From IMG/VR virus record IMGVR_UViG_3300029518_000200: DNA of 64,000 nt. One strand, 5' to 3'. The DNA is from a virus (lineage: Duplodnaviria > Heunggongvirae > Uroviricota > Caudoviricetes). Positions 29,127-39,722 of the stretch are shown in pieces; the stretch's first letter is position 1; the number at the start of each line of letters is the position of its first letter. The position numbers and the translations under genes are program-made. The notes under the pieces were generated by a model. It made no database searches. It was not told the DNA's origin and worked only from the letters and a program-made list of their open reading frames with translations.

Positions 29127-29506
29127 AATTAAAATAAGGTGCCTTTATGGTGCCTTATTTTTTTGTTGATTTTGTATATTGACACAAGATATAGTCTTTT
29201 TTGTAAAAATATCACTATATTTTGAAAATTAACTTGACATTTAATGCGGTATCAGCTATAGTAATACTAGATAGAAAAGATAGAAATTTCTACACAATAG
29301 TTAATAGAAGATAAAACGGTTCGACTTAGCCAGATAAATAAGTCAATCGAAGTTGTCGATTATAACAGCTATTACTGATGCATTTGCTCATGTAACGTCA
29401 TCGGTCAGAGCGATTAGCAAACGGCATGCAGTTCTTACAAAAATACATATATTTACAAACCAATTAAAAAGAAGGGTACTGGCAGGGGCCAATATCCTTC
29501 TTATTT

Positions 29507-29713
29507 TTATTGCTGCTGATATTTGTGATAAACATAAAGAAAAACAAAAATCGCAATCACCATAAATAATGGAATGATTAAATTAATCAGCGCTGTAAAA
29601 ACTTCTGATATAATCAGCTTCTTAAGTATAAACTTTATCAGCGCGCCAATGGCATATCCTGCTCCTATGAACAGCATCATTATGACAATCCATTTCTTTT
29701 CTATTTCCTGCAT
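29507..29713 (-). CDS. small 2-TM membrane protein
   Basis: start at the ATG after SD aaaggaggaaaaa. Confidence 0.4.
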   Translation of the reverse strand: MQEIEKKWIVIMMLFIGAGYAIGALIKFILKKLIISEVFTALINLIIPLFMVIAIFVFLYVYHKYQQQ

Positions 29714-29745
29714 TATTATTTTTCCTCCTTTCACTGGAATATAAA

Positions 29746-30588
29746 CTATTCCTGATTTGGTTCCATTCCCTCATCAACCTTTGAAATATCGGAATGTGTT
29801 GACGGAGTAAGCTCGTCATAATCCCTTAAGTATTCAGTAGAGTACGGAGTAAGATTCATTCGCTGATATTTGAATGGGAAAATATTATGGCACTCACTGC
29901 ATTCAGCTTCGTCTTCAAATACCATTGTATGCAGATATCCATCAAGGTATATAAGAGTTCCCTGCTTCAAAATGGTCAAATCCTTATCGGCTACGTCTCC
30001 ATAACTGTACACAAACGGATAATCCGTATGATCTTCTTCATCTATTGAGTCTTTCACAAACAGTTTACGGTTTACTGCCAGCTGATACCTTGCGTATAAA
30101 TCTCCATGATCCGTCTCTCCGTGAAGAATCTTATCTGTCGGCGTACACACCCTGCCAATTACCTTTGCATGATTTGAATGTTCTGCGCGTGTGTATAAAT
30201 ACTGGAAACCTTCTGTATCATTACTTAAGTGTGTTACCATATCTACATATGTAGGATAAATTGTAGATACTGGTGTCGGAATCAAAACAGCAGTGTTGCA
30301 TTCCGGACAAATCTTTCGTCTCATTGCATTCTGCGTTCTGAAAATGCCCTCAATTTCTATAATGTCGTGTAACTTAAATTCCTTAATCTTACGAACCAGT
30401 GATGGTTCTGTTGTTGATATAAGCGGCTTATCCCATTTTGGAGATATATTGCCAGCTTCATCATTTGGATTTCTCCTGACTACCCATAACTGAAATAAAG
30501 CTGATTCTACACCGGATACCGGATCTGTTGCAAATCTAGGTTCATTTCTTAACTGTCCCATGAGCAGCACAAAGTTTTCTTTTGCCAT
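29746..30588 (-). CDS. SSB-like protein with two OB-fold repeats, each followed by a CxxC...CxxC zinc ribbon
   Basis: FVLLMGQLRNEPRF, FQLWVVRR, VIGRVCTP..LAVNRK and GTLIYLDGYL patterns resemble SSB OB folds. Confidence 0.45.
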   Translation of the reverse strand: MAKENFVLLMGQLRNEPRFATDPVSGVESALFQLWVVRRNPNDEAGNISPKWDKPLISTTEPSLVRKIKEFKLHDIIEIEGIFRTQNAMRRKICPECNTAVLIPTPVSTIYPTYVDMVTHLSNDTEGFQYLYTRAEHSNHAKVIGRVCTPTDKILHGETDHGDLYARYQLAVNRKLFVKDSIDEEDHTDYPFVYSYGDVADKDLTILKQGTLIYLDGYLHTMVFEDEAECSECHNIFPFKYQRMNLTPYSTEYLRDYDELTPSTHSDISKVDEGMEPNQE

Positions 30589-30705
30589 ATTTATCAAATT
30601 CCTTTCTATTTTTGTTAATCCACTGGGATTTATATAAATATGAGTTTTACAAATAAACGGCAAAAGAAAAAGGCTTTAGATAATTAATATCTAAAGCCTG
30701 TCTGT

Positions 30706-31770
30706 TTACGCGGGAGTCTCTATCAGTGATACAAACTCATAGCGTCTGCATATGTTTTCATATGTATTACTGTCAATACTATATGCATATGCATTTAAGT
30801 CTGCCGGTATCATCAGGTCAGTCTGAATTGTTGCCAGATACCTTGAGACAAATGCCATCTGACGATTGTCTTTCAGTACTTTCATTGGAGGCCTACTGAT
30901 GCCAAGCTCGTCTTTCCACTTCTTTGCCAGCATTTTTTCCTTGGCAGCATCATTTTCACATGCGTCTATAGCTGCATAAATATTCTCTATTGAACCATAG
31001 AAATCAAGCAGTGGTACAGCCGCTTTCGGTCCAAGGCCTCTGACACCGGGAATGTTGTCGGAAGAATCACCCATGAGTCCTTTAAGGTCTGCAATCAACG
31101 TTGAATCAACGCCATGCTCGCCTTTAATAATGTCATCAGTGAAATTAATTGCCTTACATGGAAGACAGTCATCTTCTGAATATGACTTTCTTGCAGCCAC
31201 ATACTGCCATTCTTCAACCTTTCTAATGTCATACTTAATGCGCATCCGCTCAGCAGTGTCAGCAGAAGTCTGCATAATCCAAACATCAATGTTATCTGTT
31301 TTAAGCTGAAGATAATCATGATCCTTTGTAAGAATTTTTATCTTCATAAACGGATTTTCAAAGTGACTGGCAACAGAACCTATTAGATCATCTGCCTCAT
31401 AGTCTCCACTCTCAAGAACCATGATACCAAGTTCATTGAGAATGGCTTTTAATGTCGCAAACTGCTGTTGAAGACACTCCGGCTTAGGTTTTCTCTGCGC
31501 TTTGTATTCAGGGTACAGCTTACGTCTGAATGTATCTCTGGTCTTATCAAACGCAACGGCCATATACTCAGGTCTATGAATACGGATAATATTCATAATG
31601 TCCATGAGTGTTGAATACACACCATTTGTATATATTCCATTTGATGTATGCAGAATTTTGTCTGCATATCTGTCGTATTTGTCATCATCCTTACAAAACT
31701 TAATCTCAGGCGGGAGATTTCCCATGAAATTAGTAGTCAAGAGTGATGAACCGTCAATAAGTAAAAACAT
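30706..31770 (-). CDS. 5'-3' exonuclease / flap endonuclease (Pol I N-terminal domain family)
   Basis: LLIDGSSLL N-terminus; H3TH motif GDSSDNIPGVRGLGPKAA. Confidence 0.75.
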   Translation of the reverse strand: MFLLIDGSSLLTTNFMGNLPPEIKFCKDDDKYDRYADKILHTSNGIYTNGVYSTLMDIMNIIRIHRPEYMAVAFDKTRDTFRRKLYPEYKAQRKPKPECLQQQFATLKAILNELGIMVLESGDYEADDLIGSVASHFENPFMKIKILTKDHDYLQLKTDNIDVWIMQTSADTAERMRIKYDIRKVEEWQYVAARKSYSEDDCLPCKAINFTDDIIKGEHGVDSTLIADLKGLMGDSSDNIPGVRGLGPKAAVPLLDFYGSIENIYAAIDACENDAAKEKMLAKKWKDELGISRPPMKVLKDNRQMAFVSRYLATIQTDLMIPADLNAYAYSIDSNTYENICRRYEFVSLIETPA

Positions 31771-31912
31771 AATATTTTCCTCCTTTAAATTTGTTTTATG
31801 TCTACCTAATAAAGATGGATTTTGTTTACGAATACGTTATTTATCAGAAAACTCCATATCTATTTCGTAGTTTATTTATTCATATTCAAACAAAACAAGG
31901 AGGAAAAATAAT

Positions 31913-32962
31913 ATGAGAAATAAAGGATTTTCAAAAGAGGGTAAAGAAGAGTGGTATAAAACAATGGTTATATACCGTTTCATGGCCAATTACAATCTTG
32001 CAGGAGATATGGCAAAATCAAATGCTTGTTTCGACCTGTTAGCAGAGAGGTGTTATTTCAAAACAGCTTTTGAGAATTTTGTTCATAAGCACTATGGTTT
32101 TTATGGTGCTACAGAAATGAAGTTCATTTATGAAGATGTGACAAGGGAAGAGTATGAGGCTTCTCTAATGTCTTATCTGAGAAAACGCTTCAAAACGGTT
32201 TATCCGTTTGACCTGCCAGATATTCCAAAAGGATTTGATGGACCAAATGATATTCCGTTAACATTGGATGAGATTGCAGAACTGTCTGAGACAAATAAGT
32301 TTTATTTCAGCCACTTGCAGAAATCTATCAGGATATTTGCAACCGAATGGTGTGCTAAATATTCTGCTGAACTTGCACAGAAGAGATACCCGGGACTGAC
32401 GACACAGCTCAGTAAAATGTATGTTCGTATGAGAAAATGGACACATTATGCTGTTGATTTATGTGACAGTAATGATGTTATTGTTGACGCTTTTTGGAAT
32501 GAATCTGGCCAGTTGTTTTCATGGGAGACCATTAATCATCTAAAAAGGATTTTTGGCTATCCTGAGGAGCCTGAATACAGTGAGAATTATATTCAAAAGA
32601 AAGCTGTTAACAAAGCACGCAGGAAAGAAGAATTAGAGACTCCATTTCTTGAGTTTATGGAGAATACTGGTCTCAGAAAAATCAGCATCACTAAGCTTGA
32701 GAAAGAGCTGGATCTTACTTTTGATACACAGACATCTTTTAATAAAGAAGAATTTGACTGTATTAAAAAGTGGTTCATGAGCTGCAAGAAAGCCAGAACC
32801 TGTAACGGGTATTTTGGTAAGGTTCCGGACAGTCTTGTAAGAAGCTATAACTGCAAAGGTCATGACCTTTTGGTTGCAGTCCTTTCTGATATATCCGAAT
32901 TTAAGGATATAAGTCCTGTTGTTAAAACAATGGCAGCAGAAGGACTTAAAGCTATTGCGTAA
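31913..32962 (+). CDS. hypothetical protein
   Basis: ORF with SD aaggaggaaaaa; bidirectional terminator downstream. Confidence 0.5.
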   Translation: MRNKGFSKEGKEEWYKTMVIYRFMANYNLAGDMAKSNACFDLLAERCYFKTAFENFVHKHYGFYGATEMKFIYEDVTREEYEASLMSYLRKRFKTVYPFDLPDIPKGFDGPNDIPLTLDEIAELSETNKFYFSHLQKSIRIFATEWCAKYSAELAQKRYPGLTTQLSKMYVRMRKWTHYAVDLCDSNDVIVDAFWNESGQLFSWETINHLKRIFGYPEEPEYSENYIQKKAVNKARRKEELETPFLEFMENTGLRKISITKLEKELDLTFDTQTSFNKEEFDCIKKWFMSCKKARTCNGYFGKVPDSLVRSYNCKGHDLLVAVLSDISEFKDISPVVKTMAAEGLKAIA

Positions 32963-33002
32963 ATAAAAAAGAGGGACATTTACTGTCTCTCTTTTTTTTT
33001 GA

Positions 33003-34235
33003 CTATATTGTTTTTATTTCAGGTTTTGCGCTATTTCCAAAATGAATACCTTTATTCTGTTCAATAAGCAGACCATAAATTGTATCAGGATTTTTCTCAG
33101 CCGATTTTATTATTTCCATCAGTTTTATTATCCTGTATGGTATCTTGTTCTTGGCTCCTGAGAATTTAAGAATTACTTCCTTGAGCAGTGCAATAGTATT
33201 CTTGTTAGGGATATTATTTTTACATATAAGCTGGATATTAAATCTATCTTTAACATATCCCCATTTTAAGCCAAAAATATGTTTTATATCCTGAAAATTC
33301 CTGACAATTAAGTTTGTGCAGATTTTTGTTTTTACGCCACTGAGTTCAGGATGCAGAATATAATATAAAGCATCTGTATAATTCCAGCTTTCATTGAATA
33401 TAATATACACCTTTTCCGGCAGGAAAGTTCTTATTAGTGCAGTTTTTATACAGTAGCTGTACATAAATATAAATATCTGCCACGTTTTATTATCCAGTAT
33501 TTCATGGTCCTGATTAGATGCTGCCATAATAATCATCTTTTCCTGAGGTTTGGATGTAAAATTATCTACTAATCCATCATCTGCTGACAGGATGTCTGTA
33601 ATACGCTGGCTTAAATAGCATTCTGTCCCAAGGCAGATTTCATTCATAATCTTTCTGTAAGTATCAACATTGTTGTCACAGAGTTCCATAAATAATGACC
33701 AGTAATATGACACTGAGCTGTTTCCTTTTATATTTTCAGCTTCCTGTACGTACTCAAGTAGCATATGTTCATCATCTTTGCATTCCTTTATAAGGTCAAA
33801 TGCTTTTAACAAATCAGCGTCACCAGTACTTTTGTTAAAAATTTTTATACAAATAATAGCAGTAGCAAGAGCAAATGCAGCGGCTTTGCGTGATCTTTTT
33901 AATTTTGCATACATATTTTCATTTGCTTTAATTGCATCAGATATTTCAGACTCACTCTGTTTTATGAGCCCCATACAGAATGTCACGATGTCCATTTCTG
34001 ACTTCAGATACTTTACCGGATTAAATTTCATGCCGGTTATTGTCTCCGGTGTTATGTATACAGCTTTATTATCTGATTGTATTTCATTGTTAGTAACAAT
34101 AAATGCTCTTGCATTTTTATCAGAAATTCCTGTAAACAGAGTATTCATATATTTTTCGTTTATGAAACATGCGGTATCGTCACTTGTCTGCGGTATAATT
34201 GTTATGGTGTTTTGGTTAAATAATTGCGTTTTCAT
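33003..34235 (-). CDS. hypothetical protein
   Basis: start at MKTQLF after SD ggagga; class-A box upstream. Confidence 0.5.
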   Translation of the reverse strand: MKTQLFNQNTITIIPQTSDDTACFINEKYMNTLFTGISDKNARAFIVTNNEIQSDNKAVYITPETITGMKFNPVKYLKSEMDIVTFCMGLIKQSESEISDAIKANENMYAKLKRSRKAAAFALATAIICIKIFNKSTGDADLLKAFDLIKECKDDEHMLLEYVQEAENIKGNSSVSYYWSLFMELCDNNVDTYRKIMNEICLGTECYLSQRITDILSADDGLVDNFTSKPQEKMIIMAASNQDHEILDNKTWQIFIFMYSYCIKTALIRTFLPEKVYIIFNESWNYTDALYYILHPELSGVKTKICTNLIVRNFQDIKHIFGLKWGYVKDRFNIQLICKNNIPNKNTIALLKEVILKFSGAKNKIPYRIIKLMEIIKSAEKNPDTIYGLLIEQNKGIHFGNSAKPEIKTI

Positions 34236-34516
34236 GTAAAATCCTCCTTTATATGAAGATGGGTTTTGCTTACAGCAGGCAATATTGCCTGTCATTTACC
34301 AGAATCCATCTTTATTGTATGAAAAATGACAGGAGAAAATAATAATGATAATTTTAATTGTAATAGCAGCAGTAATAATAATGTTCAATATATACAAACT
34401 ACATAAAAGACAGCAAGAAAATCTTCCTACCTATGAACAGATTGGAATGATTGCTATAACGATATTGTTTGTAATACTGGCATTTAAAGAATATTTCAAA
34501 TTATAGGAGAGGAACA

Positions 34517-34795
34517 ATGTTTTCATTGGCGTGCAGCATTTTAATTTTTTATATGACATACAAAAGATATATCGTCAGCGGACATTTTGACAAAGATACA
34601 GCTGACTTTTACAGACGAAATGGAATGCTGTCAAGGGATGATCTGTTAATGGGTTTATTTTTAATATCAGGCATTAGTGATTTTATAAGTGCATTTACTG
34701 AGACAAATTTCATTGAAAAGGTTTGCGCATCAACAGCTGGATGTCTTATGTTTGCAAGTGCGGGAATTATATATATGGTGAAAAATTGTGATTAA
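34517..34795 (+). CDS. small membrane protein
   Basis: ORF with SD aggagaggaa. Confidence 0.4.
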   Translation: MFSLACSILIFYMTYKRYIVSGHFDKDTADFYRRNGMLSRDDLLMGLFLISGISDFISAFTETNFIEKVCASTAGCLMFASAGIIYMVKNCD

Positions 34796-35049
34796 AATTA
34801 GGAGAAAATTCATGGTTAAATGCTATAAACCAAATATGACTAATCTCAAAGGAAAATTGGGACGTGAAATTATGGCTGCAATTAAAAATACCCCGCCTAG
34901 TAACCATTCAAAATTGAATAGGCTGGCAGAAGAAGGAATAAAATCTGTATTAGCTGAGAGAAAGAGAGATTGCTGATTTTATGCGTTCATTTATCAGAAT
35001 CCATTTTTATTATATAGAAATATTACCATTTTGAAGGAAATAAATAAGT

Positions 35050-36213
35050 ATGAAGAATATATTTACACATCACAAGCAGCCGAATTACCCATATTATGAC
35101 ATCCCAAATGCAAAATGCAATATTGTAATAGGCAGTGCGGGTATGGGAAATACATCAGGATATACAAAACCTGTATTGTATAATGCGAAGCTGGGAATAT
35201 CTTATATCGCTACTGGATTTTTTGATGACAGAAATTTTAAAAGTTCTGCTGACAATTGTTCCCATAAAGTAAAATATTTCAATTTCAGTGGCAGAAACAA
35301 CTCATTTCATTACAATCCACTGAGATACATTAAAAATGCACAGGATGCTATGGAACTGGCACAAATTATGTCAGACTCAGTATCATTGACAAGCAAAAAA
35401 GAATTTTCTGTTATCAAACATCTTAAAGACGAATTACTGGCAGCGCTTATTCTGTATGTCTGTGAAGAATATAAAGATGACTGGAGCATGAGAAATCTTG
35501 CAGAGCTGGACAGTTTACTCCATTCATCATTCATCTGCCAGAGTGGATTTGATGAAATTAATGTTAACAGCGAAGCAGGCAAATTGTATTCACATGTAAA
35601 AGAAATTTGCAGCTCAGATTTTTTAGACAAACTCTTTTATGAGTTAAATGTCGATATTATGTGTCTGAAATTAATTGATAAATATGACATTTTAAACGAT
35701 GATAACTCTTTTACGGATGTAATTGATTTTGAGGATATATATAAGGAAGATACAATTATATTCATCAATGAGTATATTGATGATATAAGCAGTTCTTATT
35801 CTTACACATTTATAGCATCAGCATTTGTAAATCAGGCTATGAATGCGTATAGAAAAAAGCAGGAGAGCGGTAATAAGGTAAGATTTGTCCTTGATGAATT
35901 CCAGAGTCTTTATATTCCAGATCTTAATGACAAGATTGAAGTTGTTACAGAAAATAACTGTGAGGTTGATATTATAAGCCAATCGTTTTATCAGATTGCT
36001 GATGCTCCGAAAATCATTGACTTATGCGACAATATCATCTGCATGGGAACAATAGATTGTAATGCTGCTAAACTTATTTATGCTTTGTCAAATATTAATG
36101 TATTCAAATTAAGTGCAACAGAATGTATCGTAGTCGAAAAGGATAACAATATTACACATGATAATGTTATGAAGATAGTTTCATATAATAGAAAAAAGAA
36201 ATGGATTCTCTAA
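35050..36213 (+). CDS. VirD4/TraG-like coupling-protein ATPase domain. It has no N-terminal TM region and its Walker A lysine is replaced (GSAGMGNTSG).
   Basis: YNPL block, ALILYV helix, Walker B FVLDEF and the QS..Q block IISQSFYQI. Confidence 0.5.
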   Translation: MKNIFTHHKQPNYPYYDIPNAKCNIVIGSAGMGNTSGYTKPVLYNAKLGISYIATGFFDDRNFKSSADNCSHKVKYFNFSGRNNSFHYNPLRYIKNAQDAMELAQIMSDSVSLTSKKEFSVIKHLKDELLAALILYVCEEYKDDWSMRNLAELDSLLHSSFICQSGFDEINVNSEAGKLYSHVKEICSSDFLDKLFYELNVDIMCLKLIDKYDILNDDNSFTDVIDFEDIYKEDTIIFINEYIDDISSSYSYTFIASAFVNQAMNAYRKKQESGNKVRFVLDEFQSLYIPDLNDKIEVVTENNCEVDIISQSFYQIADAPKIIDLCDNIICMGTIDCNAAKLIYALSNINVFKLSATECIVVEKDNNITHDNVMKIVSYNRKKKWIL

Positions 36214-36216
36214 AAA

Positions 36217-36254
36217 ATACAGCAGTATCACAATTAAATATGATACTGCTGTAT
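36217..36254. terminator. bidirectional terminator with a 14-bp-arm hairpin and T-run. The hairpin contains a GTATCA-N10-TGATAC site.
   Basis: atacagcagtatca...tgatactgctgtat followed by tttttt. Confidence 0.6.
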
Positions 36255-36266
36255 TTTTTATTCGTC

Positions 36267-37370
36267 TTACTCATCCAAAAGTGTTCTATTTTCTTTCTTC
36301 TTCTTCTCATCATTTTTCACATATCTCATGGTAGTGCTGATATTTGCATGTCCCAGCACGCTCTGAGTATATACTAAATCAAGGCTTTTGTCATATACTT
36401 TTGTGGCGCATGAACTTCTGAGAGAGTGTGCATGAAAGTTTGTCACTTCAGGCGCTGCAATCTTTGCGTATTTTTTTACCATTATTTCAACGCTTCGTAC
36501 AGATAATCTTGTACCTTTCTTTACACCTTTCGTTGACACGAACAGGGCATCTTCATCATCTGCAATTCCAAGTGTTTCCTTCATGTTTTTACGTACATCG
36601 AGCCAATCCAAAAGTACATTCTCGGTTGTATTATCAAAGTAAACAATATCTTCATTTCCACGTTTTCTGATAATTTTGAAACAGTGTTCATCAGTATTAA
36701 TGTCACGTACATCGAGAGAAACAAGCTCTGATACACGTATTCCGGTGTGCAGTGCGAGAGTGTAGATGGCAAGATCTCTTGCTGATGTAATTATTCTTGA
36801 AGCTTCCTGCCTTGCACTGATTTGTTCTGAACCACCAAGAATTGTGTCATATATTGACTCAGTCTGTCTGTCTGTAAGGGCAATGGGAATGGTTTTATCA
36901 ACCTTTTTCTGTCTGATTTTAAGCACAGGAGCCTTGTCTACAATGTCATTCTCAAGAAAATAATTGTATAACGAACGGAGAGCGCTTAAGTAATTGTTTC
37001 TAGTAGATGACTTTGATGGCACGATATATTTGCCGGTCTGCATTCTGGCATCAAGTTCTTCCTTTAAAACTGCGCCATATTTCTGTATGTGATTTAGAAA
37101 TTCTTCAAAATCGGCCTTTTTGAGCCTGTCTAAATCCTGAACTGTAAACTGTTCAATTGAATCATATTTCTTATTAAAATAAACATTGTAATCGAGCAGC
37201 CACATCAAGAAGAACTGTATACGTTGTAAATAAGCTAACTGTGTTAAAGGCTTTGTATAACCAGCTATTGACCTGATATAACCTGCACAGAAATCAGGCA
37301 GCATCATTTTTAAATTGTATATCTTCGCTTCAGTCTCAGCATTTTTCTGGTCTTTATATTCGCGGGCCAT
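36267..37370 (-). CDS. tyrosine recombinase / phage-type integrase
   Basis: LALHTGIRVSEL, HAHSLRSS and LGHANISTTMRY catalytic motifs (R..H..R..Y). Confidence 0.8.
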   Translation of the reverse strand: MAREYKDQKNAETEAKIYNLKMMLPDFCAGYIRSIAGYTKPLTQLAYLQRIQFFLMWLLDYNVYFNKKYDSIEQFTVQDLDRLKKADFEEFLNHIQKYGAVLKEELDARMQTGKYIVPSKSSTRNNYLSALRSLYNYFLENDIVDKAPVLKIRQKKVDKTIPIALTDRQTESIYDTILGGSEQISARQEASRIITSARDLAIYTLALHTGIRVSELVSLDVRDINTDEHCFKIIRKRGNEDIVYFDNTTENVLLDWLDVRKNMKETLGIADDEDALFVSTKGVKKGTRLSVRSVEIMVKKYAKIAAPEVTNFHAHSLRSSCATKVYDKSLDLVYTQSVLGHANISTTMRYVKNDEKKKKENRTLLDE

Positions 37371-37530
37371 ATAATTTCCTCCGTAAATGTAATCTGTTTT
37401 TATAAAATAATTATAACAAGAAATCCCATTTTTTACAATACAACATGTAGCGTGTAATGATTTACAATATACCATATATAGGACTAAATTAAGCCAAGAA
37501 CCCCATATGTAGTATTTAAGGTATCTCGTT

Positions 37531-37556
37531 ATTCGCATAATTGAAATTATGCGAAT
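37531..37556. repeat. perfect 26-bp palindrome ATTCGCATAATT-GA-AATTATGCGAAT, 160 bp upstream of the integrase start
   Basis: read directly. Confidence 0.8.
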
Positions 37557-37689
37557 AAATAAAAATATATTCTTACTACTATTATCTTCGTTTCTACCTA
37601 TTTTTATAGGAAGCTTTTGCTAACTCAATATACTAAATTACTTGTAAACAAATAATGTTTTATGCACAAAAAAAAAGAAAGCAATTCGT

Positions 37690-38064
37690 TCACGCTTCCT
37701 TTTCTTTGTATTTCTTTGTCAGATTTCTTATAAGCAGTCCAGTCATTGCAATTATTATTGCAGCATCAATATCTGCCAGCAAATGTTTTGCCATCATAAA
37801 ACCTGTTTTCATTTGTCTGCATACGTTATTCATTATGACTATATTTCCTGTGCAAAACATCATTAAAACAAAATCTGTACCGACAAGTATCATTTTTAAT
37901 TTCGATACACATCCATTATTTATGCAGATTCTTGTGTAAGCAAATAATCCTGTCAGCCTTAAAATAATGGCAACGAAATTATACTGCATCTGCCATGATG
38001 CAAACAAAGCTAACGCTATCAATATAAACTGCAATGCTGTTGCAGATTTTTCATCAACTTTCAT
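37690..38064 (-). CDS. small polytopic membrane protein (GtrA-like?)
   Basis: about 4 TM helices, Lys-rich C-terminus; last gene of a three-gene membrane-protein operon. Confidence 0.35.
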   Translation of the reverse strand: MKVDEKSATALQFILIALALFASWQMQYNFVAIILRLTGLFAYTRICINNGCVSKLKMILVGTDFVLMMFCTGNIVIMNNVCRQMKTGFMMAKHLLADIDAAIIIAMTGLLIRNLTKKYKEKEA

Positions 38065-38444
38065 ACTACTACCACTCCCTTTACGTTTCTTATTATTCCA
38101 AATATGATTAAACTAATTATTAGTGCATACAATACTATATTTTCTATTCTATTCCATTTGCAGTTTTTATCTATAACCCAACAAACATACATTTTCCCGA
38201 TAAAATAATATATAACAGACTGTAATATAAATAGTATCGGATTTGCTGCAAATGCGCCTGCAAAATTCATCTGAGCCATATTAATAAGCATATGGGTTAC
38301 TCCGCAACCGGGGCACTTAAGTCCTGTTATCATTCTGAATACACATGGAACTGCAAAGTGAAAGCGGGCCAACATGTAGTAAGCAAATCCCGCTGCTACT
38401 GCCAGTCCGCCTGCCAACAAGCGTTTAATTTTCAGCATAGTCAT
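38061..38444 (-). CDS. DUF2752-like membrane protein
   Basis: CPGCGVTH motif. Confidence 0.4.
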   Translation of the reverse strand: MTMLKIKRLLAGGLAVAAGFAYYMLARFHFAVPCVFRMITGLKCPGCGVTHMLINMAQMNFAGAFAANPILFILQSVIYYFIGKMYVCWVIDKNCKWNRIENIVLYALIISLIIFGIIRNVKGVVVV

Positions 38445-38760
38445 TAACAGTGTCCTGAAGAATACAATAATTTACAATTCCCAGACCAAAAATCTGAAGG
38501 ACAATAAAAAGTATTGTATGTGATCCACCGTTCTTGAGCTTGTCTACTTTAGCGCCCATTCTGTATGCCCAGTACCAAGAATATATGCCGCATGTAATTA
38601 ATGTAAACAGAAATGCCATTCCTCCACTTGTTGTGTAAGAATCATCAGGTGTAAGCGCGTTTGCATCATTGTTAAGGCATATAAACCAGTAAATTCCATA
38701 CAGGCCGCATGTAATAATGGAAAGCACTACAGCCAATACAATGTTTCTCTTTTTAATCAT
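38425..38760 (-). CDS. DUF4234-like membrane protein
   Basis: CGIYGIYW / CGIYSWYW motifs. Confidence 0.4.
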   Translation of the reverse strand: MIKKRNIVLAVVLSIITCGLYGIYWFICLNNDANALTPDDSYTTSGGMAFLFTLITCGIYSWYWAYRMGAKVDKLKNGGSHTILFIVLQIFGLGIVNYCILQDTVNDYAEN

Positions 38761-38874
38761 ATTTTCAACCTTTCTGAGCCGTCTGCTCGTTTTATTTTTG
38801 TATATGATATATATGGATTTTATAGATTTATCGCAAAAAAAAAGAGCCATACATAAGTACAGCTCTCCTTTTGT

Positions 38875-39615
38875 TTACTTAGAAACCTTTTCAAGAATTC
38901 CCTTAACGAAATCACTTTTAAGAAAAGTTTCTGTATCCTCATCATATTTGGCATTATAACGATGCCAGTAATCACGATGAGTCTGCACAATCTTTTCAGG
39001 ATCATGCTCCATCAGTGCAGAGAATGGAACATATAGATCATGGGTAGAATACGCTGTTTTCTCTGGATTTTCAAAGTATATCCAGTCGTTATAAATGCCA
39101 ACCTCGTAAATGCTGACCTTATATTCTGCCACCCATGGACATCTGCTCAAGAGAAGTTCTCTTGTAACATCAGGTGCCCCAGATACATTCTGATACTGAT
39201 TTGCTACTAGATAAACAGAACCCATATCCTGTTTCTCACGAGACCAGCTGCCACGACTCTCCGTAAACTTGCCCTTTTCATGTCTTAAGAACATTCCTAT
39301 AGAACACTCTTCTGACATAGTGTGAATCCATTGTTCTGAGGTAAGATCACGTTTGCCCATATTGTTTTTGACGGCAATTTCAATCTCCTTGTCAGAAAAA
39401 TACTGACTGAGATACTTATACTGTCTGAAGAACCGCTTTATCATCTCCATTGTGTATGATGAGTCAGCTTTTCTTTTAGCAATATCCGCCGCTCTTTTGT
39501 TAGCTTCGGCCTCTTTCTGTAAACCAACAGCATCTTTCACAAGACGCTGCATTAATTCCTCATCAGAAATGTTAACCCACTTTTTTATAAGCTCTAAATC
39601 CAATAAACTTGCCAT
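38875..39615 (-). CDS. hypothetical protein
   Basis: cassette with class-A box, SD and terminator. Confidence 0.5.
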   Translation of the reverse strand: MASLLDLELIKKWVNISDEELMQRLVKDAVGLQKEAEANKRAADIAKRKADSSYTMEMIKRFFRQYKYLSQYFSDKEIEIAVKNNMGKRDLTSEQWIHTMSEECSIGMFLRHEKGKFTESRGSWSREKQDMGSVYLVANQYQNVSGAPDVTRELLLSRCPWVAEYKVSIYEVGIYNDWIYFENPEKTAYSTHDLYVPFSALMEHDPEKIVQTHRDYWHRYNAKYDEDTETFLKSDFVKGILEKVSK

Positions 39616-39722
39616 AATATCGTCCTCCTTGTTTTTTTTATTTTTTTTGATAAATATAGCGTTATAAATATGGATTTTCGTGACAAAAATAAAAAGGACC
39701 GGAATTTTCCAGTCCTTAAATC

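Noticed and set aside
29353-29565. 70-aa plus-strand ORF downstream of a TTGACA-17-TATAGT promoter (29237-29265)
   Set aside because: It has no SD, overlaps the better-supported minus-strand membrane-protein gene, and has odd composition. The promoter may instead drive a small RNA; this is unresolved.
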